Shown piece after piece: positions 8,049 to 15,470 of a stretch of 20,000 bases of DNA. The notes below the pieces were generated by a model, which saw only the letters and a program-made list of their open reading frames with translations, searched no databases and was not told the origin of the DNA. Position 1 is the first letter of the stretch; each line of letters begins with the position of its first letter. The stretch lies in IMG/VR virus record IMGVR_UViG_3300021142_000034; one strand, written 5' to 3'. The translations under genes were made by a program, and so were the position numbers. Source of the DNA: an uncultured virus (IMG/VR IMGVR_UViG_3300021142_000034). Its lineage: Duplodnaviria; Heunggongvirae; Uroviricota; Caudoviricetes.

Positions 8049-8525
8049 TTAGGTGGTAGACAAGCGCAGCAAAGCAGTTGTCGTAGTGTTAGAAGGCATG
8101 GTCAAAGTAAACGTGCCAGCAGTGATGGTTTGCGCACCGAACGTGTGAACGCTGACAGCAGCATTGCTCTGAGTTGAGTTATAGATCAACACAGTGTCAA
8201 AAGCCGTAGTCAAAGTCACGCCCGAATAAACCAAGTTACCCGATGGAGTCCAATAACCCACACCTGCTGTAGGCGATGAGTTGGTGGACGTAGGCGCAGT
8301 AGCGTTAGTCACCGCAATACCGCCAGCCGTATAGCCGGTACCCGATACCTCGTTGGTAGCAGAGTAAGCCGTAGTGGCAGCGTTAATGGTGGCCGTAGTT
8401 ACGTACAAAGCTGCTTTAAAGGTGTCGGCAGCAGTCGTTCCACGGGTGGGCGCAGTGCCAAAGTTATGAGTCGCAGTCAATAACTGGCCCAAAAAAGAAG
8501 TGCACATTGATTGAGTGTTGGAAAT
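8049..8525 (-). CDS. Small tail/virion protein, paralog of 9215-9640; probable ATT start (first ATG at 8507)
   Basis: Shares TSF..QL, ALY, ATTAYS..NEV.GTGYTAGG and TFT.TMP with 9215-9640. SD AAAGGA lies 6 nt before an in-frame ATT (8523-8525). Confidence 0.8.
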   Translation of the reverse strand: MSNTQSMCTSFLGQLLTATHNFGTAPTRGTTAADTFKAALYVTTATINAATTAYSATNEVSGTGYTAGGIAVTNATAPTSTNSSPTAGVGYWTPSGNLVYSGVTLTTAFDTVLIYNSTQSNAAVSVHTFGAQTITAGTFTLTMPSNTTTTALLRLSTT

Positions 8526-8554
8526 GATAGTTCCTTTCGTGGGCTATGCCCATC

Positions 8555-9013
8555 TTAAGTTTGTGCTTGATAACCGCGATTGTTATTGCGGATAAAACTT
8601 ATATGCCCTTGAGTAACACCAAGAATTTCTGCAATTTCCCTCTGCAATCCCTTGGCAGTTCTTGCAAATTCTACTTGCTCATTGGTTAATTTTGCTCGTC
8701 CATGCAATTCTCCAACACGCATTCTCATCTTTTGTTTTGCATCTTGCATGTTTTCTTTTCTTGTTCCAAGCTTTAAATGCTCTGGATTTACGCAAGCAGG
8801 CGTGTCGCATGAATGCATCACATCTCTTGTGTCAAGAGGACCATTAAAAAGTCTAAAAGATGCCCGGTGCGCAAGCTCATTTTTTGCTGGAGTCCTAAAA
8901 AGACCATATCCATTTTTCATGCGGTAAGCAGACCAAAGCCAGCAGCCATTCTCGGCTTTATGTATTTTTGACATAAAGCGTTCAACTTCCGACATTTTTT
9001 GCTTAGCCGCCAC
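8555..9013 (-). CDS. Free-standing HNH homing endonuclease with C-terminal HTH-like DNA-binding region
   Basis: GCWLW...GYG...AHR...VMHSCDTPACVNPEHL..GT..EN motif; C-terminal QREIAEILGVTQGHIS; GTG start after AAGGAG; more AT-rich than the flanks. Confidence 0.9.
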   Translation of the reverse strand: MAAKQKMSEVERFMSKIHKAENGCWLWSAYRMKNGYGLFRTPAKNELAHRASFRLFNGPLDTRDVMHSCDTPACVNPEHLKLGTRKENMQDAKQKMRMRVGELHGRAKLTNEQVEFARTAKGLQREIAEILGVTQGHISFIRNNNRGYQAQT

Positions 9014-9023
9014 GGTAGGCTCC

Positions 9024-9215
9024 TTAAGCTATTGATGCGGCAACTAAATCCGCAAAGGGTGATTTCTTTAGGGTCACATGAACAGACCGATGCACCAGCT
9101 CAGAGTCTTTCCAATACTCAACCCAAGTGGTTAACTCGTTGTCATCTTCAAACGTTCCATCCTTGCGCTCAAGCAAAGAGTCGTCCATATCGCCGTAAGT
9201 GGTTGTGACAATCAT
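9024..9215 (-). CDS. Hypothetical phage protein (63 aa)
   Basis: TGATG coupling with the upstream gene; MIVTTTYGDMDDSLLE...WVEYW...VHRSVHV. Confidence 0.75.
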   Translation of the reverse strand: MIVTTTYGDMDDSLLERKDGTFEDDNELTTWVEYWKDSELVHRSVHVTLKKSPFADLVAASIA

Positions 9216-9640
9216 CAAGCGCTCCTGATCAAAGCAGTGTTGTATGCATTAGCTGGCATGGTCACCGTGAATGTATTTGAGCAGCTCTTGTCTGATCCAA
9301 AGTCAATCACAGCAATCGAAGCATTGCTAGCCGTGCGATCATAAATCAGAGCGCAGCGTGCCGTAAATGCAGCAGGGTTCCATACAACGTTATTCCAGTT
9401 GATATAGGCTACGCCACTGTTAGCATTGAAGTTAATGCTGATCCCAGTCATCAGTTTCCCGCCAGCCGTATAGCCAGTTCCAACAACTTCATTGACTGAG
9501 CTGTAAGCAGTTGTCGCCAAATTCAAGGTGGCATTGCTCGTATACAGCGCCATGTAGATGGAATCTGAAGACAAGTTAAAAACACCACCCGTATACAGCT
9601 GGTACTTAAAACTTGTGGTTTGACCTTGGACTATGCTCAT
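9215..9640 (-). CDS. Small tail/virion protein, paralog of 8049-8525
   Basis: ATGA overlap with the upstream gene; shared motifs ALY, TTAYS..NEV.GTGYTAGG and F.VTMP. Confidence 0.8.
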   Translation of the reverse strand: MSIVQGQTTSFKYQLYTGGVFNLSSDSIYMALYTSNATLNLATTAYSSVNEVVGTGYTAGGKLMTGISINFNANSGVAYINWNNVVWNPAAFTARCALIYDRTASNASIAVIDFGSDKSCSNTFTVTMPANAYNTALIRSA

Positions 9641-10740
9641 GGTACGGGTTGAATCCTAGTTTGACCAGAACGATAAGCATCCTGGCGGTCCATACCATCG
9701 CCCAGCCGCTTAGCAATTGCCAATGCTTCTTTGTACTTGTTATCGTAAAAAGCGATTAAATCTTTATCGCCTTTTTGATAAGTGTAGGCTTCAACTAAAG
9801 TCCCGTACAAAAGCACAGAATCAAAGTTATTACCTAGCCAAGACTGACCGACTGCGTTTGTAATCGTTGACACTGGCACTGTAAAACCAACACCAGAATT
9901 ACCCAAGTATGTATTGGCAACCGTCAAGGAATCACCAGCCACATAGCCAGTTCCGCCTGAAGTAATTGTTGCTGAAGTAACGACACCAGCCGTTACTACG
10001 ATGTTTGCATAGGCACTTGTGCCCGTTCCGCCAGACAAGGGAACGTTGTAGTAAGTGCCGCTCACATACCCAGAGCCGCCATTGGTAATCGCTCCAAGAG
10101 CCGTGATAGGCGCTTGAATAATTGAGTCTGGATAAAAGAAATAGTGCAGCTCTGCGTTGTAGTTCTGATCCGGCGTAGGACCGACCATGAACGCCAGATA
10201 CAAAGGAGCCGAGCTCTGCGGACCAAACAAAGCATAGTGCCTTGGCAAATTTTGATAACTTGAAGTTGGATAGCACTCACGAATAAAGTTCACGTCTTTA
10301 TTCAAAAGATACAAGTAATCCGTCTGGAAAACTACCAGACCAGATACCGCCCCAATGTTGTACTGAGACAAAGTTATCGTTGTTCCAGAAACACTCAAAA
10401 CCTTGCACTGGTTGCCGATATTCGTACCGGAGACAGACTGACCAGCAAAGATGCCCGTGTTAGAAGCAACAGTGATTGTGTTTGTGCTTACAGTTCCTGT
10501 GGCTGTGGTACTTACACTTGAGTAAACCGCCAATGAATAAGGAGCAAGAAAATCATTGGGGCAAGCCAAGTAGGAATTACCAGCAGTCAATACGCCAGTC
10601 ACGTTCTTACGCAATGACGGAAACTGAACAGAGTTAAATACCCTCTGCTCAGCTTGCGTGATAAACGTATTGATGTTAACCGTCTGGAACGTGTATTCCA
10701 GATACGAGTTAACTTCAGTGACTAGCTGGCTGTAATTCAT
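9637..10740 (-). CDS. Head-tail adaptor / tail tubular-like protein with probable inserted beta-rich domains
   Basis: Helical N-terminus (FITQAEQR), GPTPD..Y motif and C-terminal LLYG.LVEAY...Y.EAL helix, as recalled for podovirus adaptor-like proteins; two Thr/Gly/Val-rich blocks. Confidence 0.6.
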   Translation of the reverse strand: MNYSQLVTEVNSYLEYTFQTVNINTFITQAEQRVFNSVQFPSLRKNVTGVLTAGNSYLACPNDFLAPYSLAVYSSVSTTATGTVSTNTITVASNTGIFAGQSVSGTNIGNQCKVLSVSGTTITLSQYNIGAVSGLVVFQTDYLYLLNKDVNFIRECYPTSSYQNLPRHYALFGPQSSAPLYLAFMVGPTPDQNYNAELHYFFYPDSIIQAPITALGAITNGGSGYVSGTYYNVPLSGGTGTSAYANIVVTAGVVTSATITSGGTGYVAGDSLTVANTYLGNSGVGFTVPVSTITNAVGQSWLGNNFDSVLLYGTLVEAYTYQKGDKDLIAFYDNKYKEALAIAKRLGDGMDRQDAYRSGQTRIQPVP

Positions 10741-11000
10741 GCCATCGGACCCCGAGCATAAACACCACGCTCAGCTGCGCCCGTGCCGCGAATGCGAGTC
10801 TTGCCTTCAGGCACTACAGCATTGCCGGTGTTTGAATCTTTGTCTGGATCAATACCCAGCGTATCACGCATGTGCAAAGGAGCCCCATCCATGCGATGAG
10901 GCTTTGCATACTTGGCTGCGGGTTCGTTATGAACAACACGGGGTTTAACGATAGCCGGACTATTCTTTTTAGTCGGCTTGACAATTTTAGCTGTAGCCAT
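10737..11000 (-). CDS. Small basic protein (87 aa)
   Basis: Start MATAKIVK after GGAGG; C-terminal RIRGTGAAERG...RGPMA; ATGA overlap with the next gene. Confidence 0.75.
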   Translation of the reverse strand: MATAKIVKPTKKNSPAIVKPRVVHNEPAAKYAKPHRMDGAPLHMRDTLGIDPDKDSNTGNAVVPEGKTRIRGTGAAERGVYARGPMA

Positions 11001-11001
11001 A

Positions 11002-11229
11002 TTAGCCTCCACGCTGATAGCCAGCCCGAGCCAAATTGCGGCCAACAGACTTCATGCTATCTTGGTTAACACCAGCAATACCGCCCTTAGCGTAGTGCTT
11101 GATCTTGCCGCCTTTTTTGAGCTTGCTCAGATCGGTTTTCTTGTGCTCATGCAGCTGCTTGTCGTGCATACCAAAAGCCTTTTTAATCAGCTTTTTGTCT
11201 TCTTTGATGTCATCGTGTTTAGCCATCAT
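11002..11229 (-). CDS. Small Lys/His-rich basic protein with Phi-x-x-GG motifs
   Basis: SD AAGGAG; motifs LKKGG, YAKGG and terminal YQRGG. Confidence 0.8.
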   Translation of the reverse strand: MMAKHDDIKEDKKLIKKAFGMHDKQLHEHKKTDLSKLKKGGKIKHYAKGGIAGVNQDSMKSVGRNLARAGYQRGG

Positions 11230-11237
11230 TAGCTCCT

Positions 11238-11627
11238 TTAGGATGTGGAAATTGTAACTTGACCCACAGAAGTTGTGGAGATTAAATTGTTTGGCGTTAA
11301 CACGGAATCAAACTGTGAAGCTCCGCCAATCGGGTTCCATCCCCACTGAATATCCCTTGAGCCACCAGAAGGCAAACCAAGCGCATTCAATCCAGAAGTT
11401 ACATAAGTAATGTCAGGTCTTGGCTGACGCACCGCTTGAGGATCATCAACCGGATACATGCCCAATTGCAACTGCGGCTGATCTGGGTCCCAGCATTCTG
11501 GGCAAACTTTCAGCTGATAGAGCTTGGTCTTAATGACCTCCATCTTCAGCTGCTTGAGCTTATACCGCTGACCGCATCTATCGCACTCACTTATGCTGTA
11601 TTTACCAGACGCAAATCTATTTCCCAT
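11238..11627 (-). CDS. Zinc-ribbon-containing phage protein
   Basis: CDRC...CPEC pair, followed by DPQAVRQPRPD; abuts the upstream stop. Confidence 0.75.
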   Translation of the reverse strand: MGNRFASGKYSISECDRCGQRYKLKQLKMEVIKTKLYQLKVCPECWDPDQPQLQLGMYPVDDPQAVRQPRPDITYVTSGLNALGLPSGGSRDIQWGWNPIGGASQFDSVLTPNNLISTTSVGQVTISTS

Positions 11628-12584
11628 TTAGACCCCGCCACTACCCAAGAATTGCTGGCGCGGAACAAATCTAATAGCTGCTTTTTCCCTGTCCTCACCA
11701 GCAGCCAGATCAAACTGTTCGTCGTAAGCCGCCTTGAGCATCTGAACCCGAGGCATTAGCTCCGGCACTTTCATGGAAATTTGGTACGCCAAACCTGCAG
11801 CCACTGCTGGCAAGAAACGGAAGTTCATGTCTTGTACATTCGGGCCTTGCCCTGCATCCTGCACACGACGCAAGCGCCAATACGCAAACGTATATGTAGT
11901 AGATGAGTCTGGTGTGGGCCATACAGTGATTGCCGGTAGTTTAGGAACATAGACCGCAGCGCCAAGCGAGTATGCTGATGCGGTTGTGTTTGCCTGCCCC
12001 CTAAAGCAGTTCTGTAAGGTATTACCAGAGATGTACGAGTAATAAATGATCTCACCGCTTGTAGAGCCAAGCTGGATATAGCCGTTAGCAGCCAATCCAA
12101 CCGTGCTTGAAAGCGTGATAACCGTATCCGTAGGGGCTACCGCAGCAGCCGCCTGAATTGTTGTCGTAGATGTCTCGCCAGACATCCGTTGCACCCAAAC
12201 CTGAATAGGGCGAGCCTGAGTCAGCTTGTTTGGAATTGTCGCATAGGTAGAAACACTAATACGAGTAATCGTCAAGTCAGACTGATTGGAAGTGCTATTT
12301 GCGTTTGTGCGAATGACGTGATCTAACAAGTCAATCGTATCGGTTGGCAAAGGGTATGTGTTCAATCCTGGCGTCAAGGTAATCACACCCTGATCAATTG
12401 TCCACATGTTGATACCACGGTTTTGCCACTCGATGGTCATCAAATTCATTGACCTGCGTGCTGTACGCAAGTCATATCCGCTACGCATTTCACGACCAGC
12501 TCTCTCCCATGCCTCCTCTGCTATTTCAGCAAAGTCAAGGTCAAAGTTGGTCGTTCCAGTAGTCGTACCGGAGTTGATAGACAT
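11628..12584 (-). CDS. Head-tail connector/adaptor-like virion protein
   Basis: EEAWERAG...ARRSMNL...W.NRG.N.W N-terminus, VWPTPD motif and C-terminal GLAY...LKAAYDEQ helix; located between head and tail genes. Confidence 0.6.
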   Translation of the reverse strand: MSINSGTTTGTTNFDLDFAEIAEEAWERAGREMRSGYDLRTARRSMNLMTIEWQNRGINMWTIDQGVITLTPGLNTYPLPTDTIDLLDHVIRTNANSTSNQSDLTITRISVSTYATIPNKLTQARPIQVWVQRMSGETSTTTIQAAAAVAPTDTVITLSSTVGLAANGYIQLGSTSGEIIYYSYISGNTLQNCFRGQANTTASAYSLGAAVYVPKLPAITVWPTPDSSTTYTFAYWRLRRVQDAGQGPNVQDMNFRFLPAVAAGLAYQISMKVPELMPRVQMLKAAYDEQFDLAAGEDREKAAIRFVPRQQFLGSGGV

Positions 12585-12586
12585 GA

Positions 12587-12799
12587 TTAAGCCTCGGCTG
12601 CTGGAGTCTCAGGTGTAGCGGCAACTTCTGCAACAGGCTCATCGTCTTCTACGATAGGCAAGTCCAACTGCCCCGCCAAATCAGCGATGACAACGATCAA
12701 GGCAGGGTCTGGCATCCCATAAGCATTAATCTGGTGCTGAGCACGATGATTCAGTTCATCATAAATAAACTGTGCGTCTTCTTTGCTAATCTGGATCAT
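12587..12799 (-). CDS. Small acidic hypothetical protein (70 aa)
   Basis: ATGA overlap with the upstream gene; acidic C-terminus. Confidence 0.7.
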   Translation of the reverse strand: MIQISKEDAQFIYDELNHRAQHQINAYGMPDPALIVVIADLAGQLDLPIVEDDEPVAEVAATPETPAAEA

Positions 12800-13047
12800 T
12801 TCTTTTTCCTTGCGGTTTTAGCCGAGTTAATAAAGTCCTGTTTAGTAGGAGCGCCCTTAGAGCCGACTTTTCTCATCTTCTCTTTGGAGCCGTGTGCAAT
12901 ACGCTCTTGCTTAGCATGAATGTTTGCGTACAAACCGGCTTTGCCGCCTGCGGAAAACTGCTCAAAGTCAGTGTCATCGCGGCGTTTTTTCATCCTACCT
13001 TTAGGCATTTTGCTGGCGCTAATAGCGCCCATTCCGCGACTTGACAT
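12796..13047 (-). CDS. Small basic protein (83 aa)
   Basis: ATG at 13045-13047 in TGATG overlap; MSSRGMG...FSAGG.AGLYANIHAKQERI...GSKGAPT..DF..SAKTARKKK. Confidence 0.8.
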   Translation of the reverse strand: MSSRGMGAISASKMPKGRMKKRRDDTDFEQFSAGGKAGLYANIHAKQERIAHGSKEKMRKVGSKGAPTKQDFINSAKTARKKK

Positions 13048-13223
13048 CAATTGTGCATCCCCCTGAGTGTCTCGGCTAGGCGTGCCCGTTGCCCCAGTTT
13101 ACCTGGAGCCTTGGCAGCCTTAGCCAATTTCTTGGCTGGAATCTTTTCACCTTGAGGCACACCCAGTTGCTTGTGCAATGCACCCGCCCGAGAGATTGCG
13201 TGTTGGATCCATTTCTCAGCCAT
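13047..13223 (-). CDS. Small basic protein (58 aa)
   Basis: Below the ORF-track cutoff. SD AGGAG; MAEKWIQHAISRAGALHKQLGVPQGEKIPAKKLAKAAKAPGKLGQRARLAETLRGMHN; fills the gap exactly. Confidence 0.8.
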   Translation of the reverse strand: MAEKWIQHAISRAGALHKQLGVPQGEKIPAKKLAKAAKAPGKLGQRARLAETLRGMHN

Positions 13224-13235
13224 GACTACTCCTGA

Positions 13236-13454
13236 TTAATACTTACCGCCGTGGCACAGATGCTTTTGGTGTTTGTGCAAGTGCTCAACAGCTTCGTGAT
13301 GCTTGTGGTGACCTGCGGCGTGTTTGCCGTAGTGTTCATGGTGATGAACGTGACCACCAGCTTCATGCTCTTTCAAATGATGAACCATGTGCTTGTGCTC
13401 ATGGTGATGAGGAGCGTGACCGTGAGGATGAATAGGAGCGTGTTTATGAGACAT
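13236..13454 (-). CDS. Extremely His-rich small protein (72 aa, 28 His)
   Basis: ATG 13452-13454 after AAGGTG; MSHKHAPIHPHGHAPHHHEHKH...LCHGGKY. Confidence 0.75.
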   Translation of the reverse strand: MSHKHAPIHPHGHAPHHHEHKHMVHHLKEHEAGGHVHHHEHYGKHAAGHHKHHEAVEHLHKHQKHLCHGGKY

Positions 13455-13464
13455 GATTTTCACC

Positions 13465-14184
13465 TTATTTCTTATGATGCATCTTGGCTTTGCCGCCATG
13501 CTTCAGACCAGTGGTGCTGCCGTGCATTTTTTCTTGCAAGGCGCGAGTGTGACCTTTTTGCTGGATAGCGTGCTCGCCATGAGCGCGCTTCTTCTCGCCG
13601 TGCTCAATAGAAGTCAGACCTTTGTGCATGGTGCGCACTTCTTCCTTCATTTCTTTCTTGCCGCCAGCAGCTTTCTCAATTACTGTGCCGTCAATCTTGC
13701 CGCCTTTAGCGTAGTGGTGTTTGGCGTGAGCCTTGCCGCCATGCTTTAAGCCCATCTCGCCCATGTCTTTAGACTTAGGCACATGGTCAGCAGTCATGTG
13801 ACCGCCTTGGTGCATGTGCATGTGGTGCTCAGCCATAGCCAAATGGTGATGAGCCAAATGCTTGTGGTGAGACTTGGTTAAGCCACCATGAGCCATACCG
13901 GGAGCGCCTCCCATAGGTGCGGCTGGAGGAGCCATAGTAGCTGCCATTGCTGGACGAGCTGGGGCGGTGCGACGACGAGCTGCTGCCGCACCCATTAATG
14001 CGGCCATTGCCGCTGCTGCTTTAGGACTAGTTGCCATATCACCACCTCTTTTGAAATGTTTGCCTTTATCGGCTTCTGCGAAATCACGCCCAACAGATTG
14101 AGGGACGTGAACCTTTTTTGCAAAAGCCTTATTATGGGCTATTGCTTCCATAAAATTATGTTGTTTTTTGCTTGTGCTTGGCAT
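13465..14184 (-). CDS. Basic, His/Lys/Ala-rich low-complexity protein with repeated Phi-x-x-GG motifs
   Basis: 239 aa with 30 His counted; motifs FKRGG, MAHGG, MHQGG, LKHGG (x2) and YAKGG. Confidence 0.8.
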   Translation of the reverse strand: MPSTSKKQHNFMEAIAHNKAFAKKVHVPQSVGRDFAEADKGKHFKRGGDMATSPKAAAAMAALMGAAAARRRTAPARPAMAATMAPPAAPMGGAPGMAHGGLTKSHHKHLAHHHLAMAEHHMHMHQGGHMTADHVPKSKDMGEMGLKHGGKAHAKHHYAKGGKIDGTVIEKAAGGKKEMKEEVRTMHKGLTSIEHGEKKRAHGEHAIQQKGHTRALQEKMHGSTTGLKHGGKAKMHHKK

Positions 14185-14185
14185 A

Positions 14186-14374
14186 TCAGAATTTTACGAT
14201 CCAACCTTTACCAAAAGCAAAACCAACAGCTATTGCGCCAATCCAGATCAATAGCTTGTTGATAACGGTTTTACCAACTTGTTTGTAGAACTCGCCAGCC
14301 AATTCTTCAATGGCAATCTTTGCCGCTTCTTTGGCTATGGCTTGCTCACGTTCAGTAAGTTCGATGTCAACCAT
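14186..14374 (-). CDS. Small protein with C-terminal TM helix (62 aa)
   Basis: Hydrophobic LLIWIGAIAVGFAFG; 1-nt gaps to both neighbours. Confidence 0.75.
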   Translation of the reverse strand: MVDIELTEREQAIAKEAAKIAIEELAGEFYKQVGKTVINKLLIWIGAIAVGFAFGKGWIVKF

Positions 14375-14375
14375 A

Positions 14376-14618
14376 TCAACAATTCCATGCTCTTAACGAT
14401 TTATTGATGCGAGAATTCGGGTCTTTTTTCGTCTTCTCGCCGGTCAACTTGGCTTTCATCCCTTCCATCCGGGCGCAGAAAGAGTCTCGGCGTTTGCCGC
14501 CCTCTGGCTGCGGAGGCTTCAGGTTCATGCCTTGTGCCTTCGCAGAGGCTCGACCCTTGGCGTTCAGTCCGCCTTTGGGATTCTTGCCTTCTTTGCGCGT
14601 CCATGCCGGGGATTTCAT
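14376..14618 (-). CDS. Small basic phage protein (80 aa)
   Basis: KSPAW.RKEGKNPKGGLNAKGRAS...RRDSFCARM...SLRAWNC, a pattern recalled from phage head regions; TAATG coupling. Confidence 0.8.
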   Translation of the reverse strand: MKSPAWTRKEGKNPKGGLNAKGRASAKAQGMNLKPPQPEGGKRRDSFCARMEGMKAKLTGEKTKKDPNSRINKSLRAWNC

Positions 14619-15418
14619 TACGTGCTACCCACATCTGCGTTTGCAATCAAAACGCCTCCAGCAAAGATGCTTCCAGTGTACGGTCCACCCGTGCTGGCTT
14701 TCATCTGAAACTGAATATCCGTTCCGCCTTCATGAGTGACGGGCACCGAATATGGGACGTTAAAAATCTGCACAAAAGGAGACTGAGACAATACGTTTGT
14801 GTTGCCGCTGTAACCCAATGGATAACCCAAATAGTTATCGCCTAGAACAGGCAAGTTGTATTTGTTGTACTCAGCAAAAGTCATGTAAGTACTGGACGTG
14901 AATCCAATGCTTGCGTTTGCTTGTACATAAGACAAATAGAACGTGTAACCCTTTGGCACAGTGTAGATTGACATCTGCGACTGACCAATACCAATGTTGA
15001 TCTGGGCATAAAGCACAGAGTTGTTTTTGCAGGTGATGGTTCCTGCATTAACGCCATTGGTAATGTACAGACCGTTAATTCTTAAATAAGAGTTAACTGT
15101 CGTCACGTTTGTTGTGCCGTTTAGCGTAATGATTTCAGACAGCAAGTTGTAGTTTGCATCTAAACCCATGACCAAAACGTTTTGTGTATCCGTAGTTGTG
15201 GATACCAAAGTCATTTGAACGGCAGAGCTTGGATAGGCATAAGCGCCACCAGACTGCGTGAGTCCTTCCCAGCAGGGTCCCAATGCCGTTGATCCAACCG
15301 CAGTGCTGTATCCAAAAAGTTCAATTGGATAGTGCAAAGCCACTTGGCCGCGAGCAACCTGCAGCTCAAAAGGCTCATGTCTACCATTTCTGGTAATTGA
15401 AGAGACTTGTGCTCCCAT
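14618..15418 (-). CDS. Putative virion protein (beta-rich, 266 aa)
   Basis: SD AAGGAG; long ORF rich in Gly/Thr/Val/Tyr; lies in the head module. Confidence 0.7.
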   Translation of the reverse strand: MGAQVSSITRNGRHEPFELQVARGQVALHYPIELFGYSTAVGSTALGPCWEGLTQSGGAYAYPSSAVQMTLVSTTTDTQNVLVMGLDANYNLLSEIITLNGTTNVTTVNSYLRINGLYITNGVNAGTITCKNNSVLYAQINIGIGQSQMSIYTVPKGYTFYLSYVQANASIGFTSSTYMTFAEYNKYNLPVLGDNYLGYPLGYSGNTNVLSQSPFVQIFNVPYSVPVTHEGGTDIQFQMKASTGGPYTGSIFAGGVLIANADVGST

Positions 15419-15436
15419 AACTAATCTCCTTGAGTT

Positions 15437-15462
15437 GTAAAACCAAGGGGCCGAAGCCCCCC
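15437..15462 (-). terminator. UUCG-tetraloop hairpin, probable leaky intrinsic terminator
   Basis: mRNA GGGGC-UUCG-GCCCC followed by an interrupted U tract (UUGGUUUU), just after the stop at 15471. Confidence 0.6.
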
Positions 15463-15470
15463 GAGATTAA

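Noticed and set aside
8526..9023. Group I intron or translational bypass around the HNH gene
   Set aside because: There are only about 10 and 30 nt of non-coding flank, no room for a ribozyme core, and the flanking genes are intact.
11002..11016. Ubiquitin-like C-terminal RGG conjugation tag
   Set aside because: The protein shows no beta-grasp-like sequence, no E1/E2-like genes are present, and the GG codons are explained as the next gene's SD.
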